Shown here: positions 58,137-64,000 of the stretch, in pieces | Layout: every line of letters starts with the position of its first letter | Numbering within the stretch: position 1 is the stretch's first letter | Assembly (NCBI GenBank): GCA_963666055.2 | Contig: CAXWPH010000006.1 | Span: 1-64,000, forward strand | Source of the DNA: Acidobacteriota bacterium | GTDB lineage: Bacteria; Acidobacteriota; UBA890; WLXD01 | DNA: 64,000 bases | Reading direction: 5' to 3' | Made by a program: the position numbers and the translations under genes | Notes under the pieces: generated by a model | Databases searched by the model: none | Seen by the model: only the letters and a program-made list of their open reading frames with translations | Told to the model about the DNA's origin: nothing

Positions 58137-61025
58137 CTACTCCACGACCCGCATGAGCCCCTGCATCGTTTGCCAGTGGTTCGGGAACGTGCAGAGAAAG
58201 TCGTAGTCGCCGACCACGCTCGGAGCGGTGAACTCGAGCACCTGGTACTCGCGGTGGTTGAGCAACTCCGACGCGGCAATGATCTTGTCGCTGGCGGGCA
58301 GGAACCCGACGGCGAAGCCCACCGCGCCGAGCGCCTCGGCGGCCAGGCCGATCTCCTCGGCCGAGCCGGGCTCGCCGATGATCAGGTTGTGCGGCATGTA
58401 GTCGGGGTTCTCGAACCAGATCTTCACGCTCTGCCCGGGGTTGACGGTGAACTCGGCAATATCGAACCGCGTCTGGTCGACGAGCGTCCGGATGACGATG
58501 GCGTCCGGATCGGGAGTGACGTCTTCGATGTCGGGGTCGTCCGCGAGCCGCGAGGCGAAGTCGAACGGCTCCGCGGCGTTGTGATCCCAGAACTGCTCCA
58601 CCGTCCGGGCCGCGATGCGCGCGTGCGGCTCGGGAGAGTTGAGCACTAGCGCCAGCAGGTCGCGGTTGACGACGTTGTGCTGCTGATGCACCCAGAGCGC
58701 TTCCAGAAAATGGTGCGCGTCGCGCGCACCGCGGGCATCGAACTGCTGCAGCCAATCCTCAGTGGCGGCAATCACCGCAGCGCTGTCGCGTTCGGAAAGC
58801 TCCACGCGCGCCCGACGCCGGATGCCGTTGATCGGATGCTCGAGAGCGGCGAGCAGCTCCGGGATCGGCCGTCCATCGATGGCGACGTGGTCCGACAAGG
58901 GCCGCCCCGGCACGGTGATCCGGTGGATGCGCCCGTGTGCATGGTCGCGAGCAGGGTCGCGGACGTTGTGCTGCATGTGTCCGACGATGGCATTGGCCCA
59001 GTCGGCGACGTACACCGCACCGTCGTCGGCGATCTCGAAGTCGGTGGGCCGGAAGTTGGGGTCGGTGGAGACCAGGAAATCGTCGGTCTCGGTGCCGTGC
59101 ACGTCGCCGGTGTCGGTGTCGAACGTCAGCTCGTATTGCTTGATCCCGAGGAACGCGATGGCGTTGAGGATGAGGAAGTTACCCTGGCTCTTGTCGGGAA
59201 AGTGCGCGCTGGAGAGGATTCCGCTGCTCGGCACCGGTCGCACCGTGTGTTGCAGCAACGAGCGCATGCTGAACGAGCCGTCGCCGTTAGGCTTCACCTG
59301 ATAGGCGGCTCCGCCGGTGGCGTCGGTGGCGTAGTGGTAGCCCCAGTAGTCGAAGCTGATTCCGTGCGCGTTGGGCACATTCTCGGTGTGGAAGCTGAAC
59401 TCGTAGGTGCGCGGGTTGAAGCGGTACATCCCGGAGGCGTTCGATTCCTGGTTCGACCTCCAGGGCGTCTCGACGTTAGAGACGTTGAAGATGCCGCGCT
59501 GGTAGTAGATGAACCCGTCGGGGCCGTAGACGAAGTTGTTGGCCGAGTGATGGGTGTCTGCCGATCCGAGCGCGCCGAGGACGCGGATGCGCACATCGGC
59601 CACGTCGTCGCCGTCGGTGTCCTTGAGGAACAGCAGGTCGGGCACCGAGGCGACGATCACGCCGCCGTTCCAGAACTCGAAGCCGGTCGGATTGTGTACG
59701 TAGGCGAAGGTGATCGCCTCGTCGGCGATGCCGTCGCGATCCTCGTCGGGGAGGATCAGCAGGCGATCGTCCATCGCCTTGGTCGGCTCCCACTTCGGGT
59801 AGGTCGCCCACGTCGCCGCCCACAGCCGCCCGCGCGTGTCGACGCCCAGCTGCACCGGGTTGACGAGCTCCGGGAACATCTCCTCGGAGGCGAAGAGATT
59901 GGCCTGTAGGCCCTCTTCCAGGGTCATCGTGTCGATGCTCTCCCGCGGGGTCATGAAGTCGAGCGTGCCGGTGATGCTCACGCCGTCCTGAACCTGAGGC
60001 TCCGCCAGGTTCGTCTTGACCTCGACGGGCTCGGGCACGTCGGAGTCGTCGGGCGCCAGGGAGGCGCCGCTGGCCGCGGCCCAGATCACCGCATCGCGGT
60101 TCGCAGCCATCACATCGAGCTGTGTGAGCTCGTGCTGCAGCACCTCGAAGTTCGTCTGGTCATCGGTGAAGGCGAGCGTTGAGCGTGTGCCCCAGACGTC
60201 GTTGCCGTCGGTGGCGCGGTAGCGGTTGAACCAGTGCCAGTTCTTGTCGAGAACCGCGGTGCGCACCGCCTCGAGCGTCTCCGGATCGGCACTCGGCCCC
60301 CGACCCAGCAACGACTCGACGATCACCTCGGCGATCCGCCGGTTACCGTCGCTATTCAGGTGGACGCCGTTAATGGTCAGCGGATCCGCGGCGGCGCGAT
60401 AGAGCTCCTGCGAAGGACCGAACAGGTCGACGTAGGGCACGCCCCTGTCTCGCGCCACCGCCGCCATGGCCTCCGTGTAGGCGGCGAGGCGGGCGTTGTT
60501 CTCGCGGCCGTCAGGTAGGTTCGGGTCGTGAAGATCCTCGTGCGCGATGGGCGACAGCAGCACGATCCGAGGCGCTCCACGGCCGGAATAGCTCTGCGCT
60601 CGCGTGTGATCGATCCAGTCGCTCAACGCTTCGGCAAACTGCGCCGGTTGCCCGTCGAAGGATTCGTTGTAGCCGAACATGGCGACAACGACGTCGGCTT
60701 GCGAGAACGCCAGGTACTCGTCGGCGCTCGGGAACCCGGGCCCGGCAGGCCCATCATCACGATCAGGCACCGATCCCTTGACGCGCGGGCGATGATCGAT
60801 GCGGTCACCGGCAAAGCCGTGGTTGCGGATCACCAGTTGCAGATCCGGGAGCTCCGATTGCAGGTGCGCTTCCAGCCAGCCGTCGTGCTGCATGCGGTCC
60901 GCCAGCGCGTTGCCGATGAGCACAACGTGGTCGCCTTGCTCGAACGGGATCTCGGTGGTGCTGCACGCCGCAGCGGCAGCGAGCAAAACGAGCACCGGTG
61001 TGATGCCTCGGGAGCAGCTCGACAT
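58137..61025 (-). CDS. PVC-type membrane-bound dehydrogenase-like lipoprotein: SGNH domain, beta-propeller, HEAT repeats, azurin-like C-terminus
   Basis: IGNALAD, GYNES, NGVHL; LFASEE..NPVQ..DTRGRLW; MPHN...CTFPNHWQTM type-1 copper ligands. Confidence 0.8.
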   Translation of the reverse strand: MSSCSRGITPVLVLLAAAAACSTTEIPFEQGDHVVLIGNALADRMQHDGWLEAHLQSELPDLQLVIRNHGFAGDRIDHRPRVKGSVPDRDDGPAGPGFPSADEYLAFSQADVVVAMFGYNESFDGQPAQFAEALSDWIDHTRAQSYSGRGAPRIVLLSPIAHEDLHDPNLPDGRENNARLAAYTEAMAAVARDRGVPYVDLFGPSQELYRAAADPLTINGVHLNSDGNRRIAEVIVESLLGRGPSADPETLEAVRTAVLDKNWHWFNRYRATDGNDVWGTRSTLAFTDDQTNFEVLQHELTQLDVMAANRDAVIWAAASGASLAPDDSDVPEPVEVKTNLAEPQVQDGVSITGTLDFMTPRESIDTMTLEEGLQANLFASEEMFPELVNPVQLGVDTRGRLWAATWATYPKWEPTKAMDDRLLILPDEDRDGIADEAITFAYVHNPTGFEFWNGGVIVASVPDLLFLKDTDGDDVADVRIRVLGALGSADTHHSANNFVYGPDGFIYYQRGIFNVSNVETPWRSNQESNASGMYRFNPRTYEFSFHTENVPNAHGISFDYWGYHYATDATGGAAYQVKPNGDGSFSMRSLLQHTVRPVPSSGILSSAHFPDKSQGNFLILNAIAFLGIKQYELTFDTDTGDVHGTETDDFLVSTDPNFRPTDFEIADDGAVYVADWANAIVGHMQHNVRDPARDHAHGRIHRITVPGRPLSDHVAIDGRPIPELLAALEHPINGIRRRARVELSERDSAAVIAATEDWLQQFDARGARDAHHFLEALWVHQQHNVVNRDLLALVLNSPEPHARIAARTVEQFWDHNAAEPFDFASRLADDPDIEDVTPDPDAIVIRTLVDQTRFDIAEFTVNPGQSVKIWFENPDYMPHNLIIGEPGSAEEIGLAAEALGAVGFAVGFLPASDKIIAASELLNHREYQVLEFTAPSVVGDYDFLCTFPNHWQTMQGLMRVVE

Positions 61026-61029
61026 GGGC

Positions 61030-62061
61030 TCAGTCCTGCGTCGGCCTGTCCGTCGACATGATCGGCGTATCCCAGCCGGCGAGATCGGCCGGCCTCACGC
61101 CGCGGCGGTAGCCATCGAAGTTGAAGGTCACGGGATTATAGGACCCCACAAAGGATAGGTCGCTGTCGGCGCGAATCGAATCCTCCAAGCCCGCGGCCCA
61201 CAGGGCCGCGTTGAGCAGCAGCCGGCGAAACCCCTCGTTCAGGAAGTCCTCGGAGGCGCCGTGCGTCGTAGTGAAGACCCGGGCCTGGCTACCGTCCCCA
61301 GCCTCGTAAGTGCGCGTCCAAGCGACGGGCAGCACCGCCTTGTCGGGTGCCGGAGGCGAATCGGCGGTCAGGCCGTCGAGGACCTGCCCGCGGGCCAGCA
61401 CCACGGAATCAGGCATCGGGTCGGCGTAGTAGCCGCCGGACTGCACGTGCACGTCGTGTACGCCGCGAAGAATCGGGTGCGACTCCTGCCCCTCCAGCAG
61501 CAGCCTGGAGCTCTGCTGGTGGTTCTCGCCATGATGGGTCACCCAGGTCTCGCCGAGCACTTGGCGGCCAAAGCCGCCCTCGTAACCCGAGCCCGAGTAG
61601 TCCCAGGTGTACTTGACGAAGGGCCCTTCCTCGATCTCGAAGGCGTGGGTCGCGGTGCGGATGCCGACGATCGGGCCGCCGCGCTCGAGGTAGTCGACGA
61701 TGTGCTGCATCTCGGCAGCCGGGAAGTCCTGAAAGCGCAGGCCGACGATCAGCAGGTCGGCACTCTCGAGCGCCTCCAGACCAGCGATGTCGGAGCTCCC
61801 GGGCTCGATGAAACCGTCGGCGTCGAGGGTGAAGAAGATGCTGCACTTGAAGCCGAATCGGCTGGCTAGAATGCGCCCCATCGCCGGCAGCAACTCTTCC
61901 GACCGATACTCGTGGTCCCCGGCAATCAGGACGATGTGCTTGCCGGCGCCGGGCCCCCCCGTACCTTCGTAGACGACGCCATGGGGAGTGTCCAGCGGTA
62001 TGTTAGCGGCACAACTCGCCAGGGCGGCAAGGATCGGCAGCGACCAGAGCGCCATTCTCAT
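61030..62061 (-). CDS. ThuA-like domain lipoprotein
   Basis: Lipobox LASC; GDHEYRSEE, GIRTATHAF, PVAWTR, RVFTTTHG. Confidence 0.8.
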   Translation of the reverse strand: MRMALWSLPILAALASCAANIPLDTPHGVVYEGTGGPGAGKHIVLIAGDHEYRSEELLPAMGRILASRFGFKCSIFFTLDADGFIEPGSSDIAGLEALESADLLIVGLRFQDFPAAEMQHIVDYLERGGPIVGIRTATHAFEIEEGPFVKYTWDYSGSGYEGGFGRQVLGETWVTHHGENHQQSSRLLLEGQESHPILRGVHDVHVQSGGYYADPMPDSVVLARGQVLDGLTADSPPAPDKAVLPVAWTRTYEAGDGSQARVFTTTHGASEDFLNEGFRRLLLNAALWAAGLEDSIRADSDLSFVGSYNPVTFNFDGYRRGVRPADLAGWDTPIMSTDRPTQD

Positions 62062-62080
62062 CGGAGACCTTCAAGCACCA

Positions 62081-63385
62081 TCACGTCCCCGGAGAAGCCG
62101 CCGCCTCGGCGCCCTCGCCAGCGACCAGTCGACCACGCTTGATAACCCAACGCGGGCGCAGCTGTCCGAACCGGTACGGCAGCATGCGGTAGTCATGAGT
62201 GGAGTAGATCTGCAGGTCGGCGCGCATCCCCGGCTCCAACCGACCTACGACGTCGCCTTGACCGATGGCATGTGCGGCGTTGGTCGTCGCCGCCACCAGC
62301 GCCGCCTCCGGTGTCATTCCCAGCAGGGTGCATGCTAGCGAGACAATCAACCCCATGGACTCGACGGGGCTCGTTCCGGGGTTGAAGTCGGTGGCCAGAG
62401 CGATCGGCACACCGGCTGCCTGCAGCCGGCGCGCCGGTGCCTGGCGGCGCGACATGACATACAGCGGTACCGACGGCAGGAGCACCGCGACCACGCCGGC
62501 GCCGGCCAGCGCGGCGATTCCCCCCGTCGAGATGTAGTCGAGATGGTCGGCCGAGATTGCCCCGACCTCGGCCGCCAGCGCGGCGCCGTCGGTGTCACCG
62601 AGTTGATCCGCGTGGACCTTGATGCCGCACCCGGCGCGCGCCGCCGCGGCGAAGACCCGGCGGCACTCCGAAACGGTAAACGCACCTTCCTCACAGAAGG
62701 CATCGACAAAATCGATGCGATCGGCAAGCGTAGCGATCATCTCCTCCACCAGGCTCAGGTAGCCATCTCGATTCTCTCGATACTCGGGTGGCAGCGCATG
62801 TGCCGCCAGCAGCGTCACCACCACGTCGGTCGCCTCTGTGGCAGCCAGGCGCCGCGCTGCTCGAACGAGCTTGGCCTCGTCGGCGGCGCTGAGGCCGTAG
62901 CCGCTCTTCGCCTCAACGGTGGTCGTGCCGGCGCTCAGCATGCGCCGTAATCTGCGCATGCCAATCTCGACGAGCTCCTCTTCACTGCACGCCCGAGTAG
63001 CATCGACCGTGCTGAGGATGCCGCCGCCGGCCTGCAGAATTTCGCCGTAGCTGGCGCCAACGATGCGCTGGGCGAACTCACCGGGCCGCCAGCCACCAAA
63101 CAACACGTGCGTGTGTGGGTCGACGAATCCCGGCAGCAGCACGCCGCCGCCGGCGTCCAGGCTTATCGCATGAGCAGCGACGCGAACCGTCGACAGAACG
63201 CCGCTTGCCGGACCCGCGTACACGATCTCTTCGCCGGCAACTGCGACGGCGGCGTCCTCAACCAGACCGACGTTCCCCTGATCGCCGCCGCGCTGCGGGT
63301 ACGTGGTCCCGCCGGCCATGGTGAGGCACTGTCGGATGCCGCGAACGACGAGCGTGGCAACGGTCTTACCACCCGACTCAGCCAT
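62081..63385 (-). CDS. hutI: Imidazolonepropionase
   Basis: [34 protein letters not shown]. Confidence 0.96.
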   Translation of the reverse strand: MAESGGKTVATLVVRGIRQCLTMAGGTTYPQRGGDQGNVGLVEDAAVAVAGEEIVYAGPASGVLSTVRVAAHAISLDAGGGVLLPGFVDPHTHVLFGGWRPGEFAQRIVGASYGEILQAGGGILSTVDATRACSEEELVEIGMRRLRRMLSAGTTTVEAKSGYGLSAADEAKLVRAARRLAATEATDVVVTLLAAHALPPEYRENRDGYLSLVEEMIATLADRIDFVDAFCEEGAFTVSECRRVFAAAARAGCGIKVHADQLGDTDGAALAAEVGAISADHLDYISTGGIAALAGAGVVAVLLPSVPLYVMSRRQAPARRLQAAGVPIALATDFNPGTSPVESMGLIVSLACTLLGMTPEAALVAATTNAAHAIGQGDVVGRLEPGMRADLQIYSTHDYRMLPYRFGQLRPRWVIKRGRLVAGEGAEAAASPGT

Positions 63386-64000
63386 CGAGCGAGGGCATTT
63401 TCACGTTGCGCGTCCGCGCCGTCTCGATTGCCAGCTCGTAGCCAGCGTCGGCATGACGCACGACGCCGAGCCCGGGATCGACGGTGAGGACTCGCTCGAG
63501 CCGCTCCGCCTTGCGCTCGGTGCCGTCGGCGACGATCACCATCCCGGCATGCAACGCGCGCCCCATCCCGACCCCACCGCCGTGATGAAACGACACCCAC
63601 GAGGCGCCGCTAACCGCGTTCATGGCGAAGTTCAAGAGCGGCCAGTCGGCTACCGCATCGGAGCCGTCGAGCATCGCCTCGGTCTCCCGGTTCGGCGAAG
63701 CCACAGATCCGCAATCGAGGTGATCGCGGCCGATGGCGACCGGTGCCGACACCTCGCCCGAGGCTACTAGCCGGTTGATCTCGAGACCGAACCGCGCCCG
63801 TTCGCCATATCCGAGCCAGCAGATCCTCGATGGCAGCCCGAGCTGAGGGACGCGCTCCCGCGCCAAGCTCACCCAGCGGTGCAGCACCCGATCGTCTGGG
63901 AACACACGGAGCAGGGCGTCGTCGAGCACGGCGAGGTCCGCCTCGGCCCCAGACAAGCAGGCCCAACGGAAAGGTCCCTTGCCCTCGCAGAACAACGGAC
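63378..64000 (-). CDS. hutU: Urocanate hydratase, 5'-partial
   Basis: [44 protein letters not shown]. Confidence 0.97.
   Translation of the reverse strand, partial: PLFCEGKGPFRWACLSGAEADLAVLDDALLRVFPDDRVLHRWVSLARERVPQLGLPSRICWLGYGERARFGLEINRLVASGEVSAPVAIGRDHLDCGSVASPNRETEAMLDGSDAVADWPLLNFAMNAVSGASWVSFHHGGGVGMGRALHAGMVIVADGTERKAERLERVLTVDPGLGVVRHADAGYELAIETARTRNVKMPSLDG

Overview
High-GC bacterial chromosome segment. Gene content suggests Acidobacteriota or a similar diderm lineage (inference only). It has four zones. (1) 1-~7.9 kb is the right part of a decaying prophage or phage satellite. It has a tyrosine integrase, Xis, a PC4-like protein, a frameshifted DnaB, a truncated replication initiator, an HK97-gp10 pseudogene, GIY-YIG and HTH genes, and three copies of a 60-80 bp hairpin repeat. 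It is inserted at the 3' end of tRNA-Sec. (2) 8-43 kb is housekeeping backbone: tRNA-Ala, thiD, bamD, rpe, rsmB, fmt, def, truA, galE, cdsA, rseP, ndk, mdh, icd, serA, mobA, apgM, and a Rieske/split cytochrome b/octaheme cytochrome c cluster with ctaA, ctaB and DUF420. It also holds a CTAG-flanked MITE-like element. (3) 43.2-57.4 kb is an integrase-less island bounded by a duplicated 3' end of the DUF420 gene. It carries ApeA-HEPN, an IS110/IS1111 element whose candidate guide-RNA loops can be read from the sequence, and a tightly coupled operon of Ser/Thr-kinase-SAMHD1-like HD fusion, class III cyclase and DNA methyltransferase. That operon is the best candidate for an undescribed defence or signalling system. 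(4) 57.4-64 kb has DUF1318, a PVC-type dehydrogenase with an azurin domain, a ThuA-like protein, hutI and partial hutU. No rRNA or CRISPR array was seen. All family calls come from motif recognition by eye; no database searches were run.
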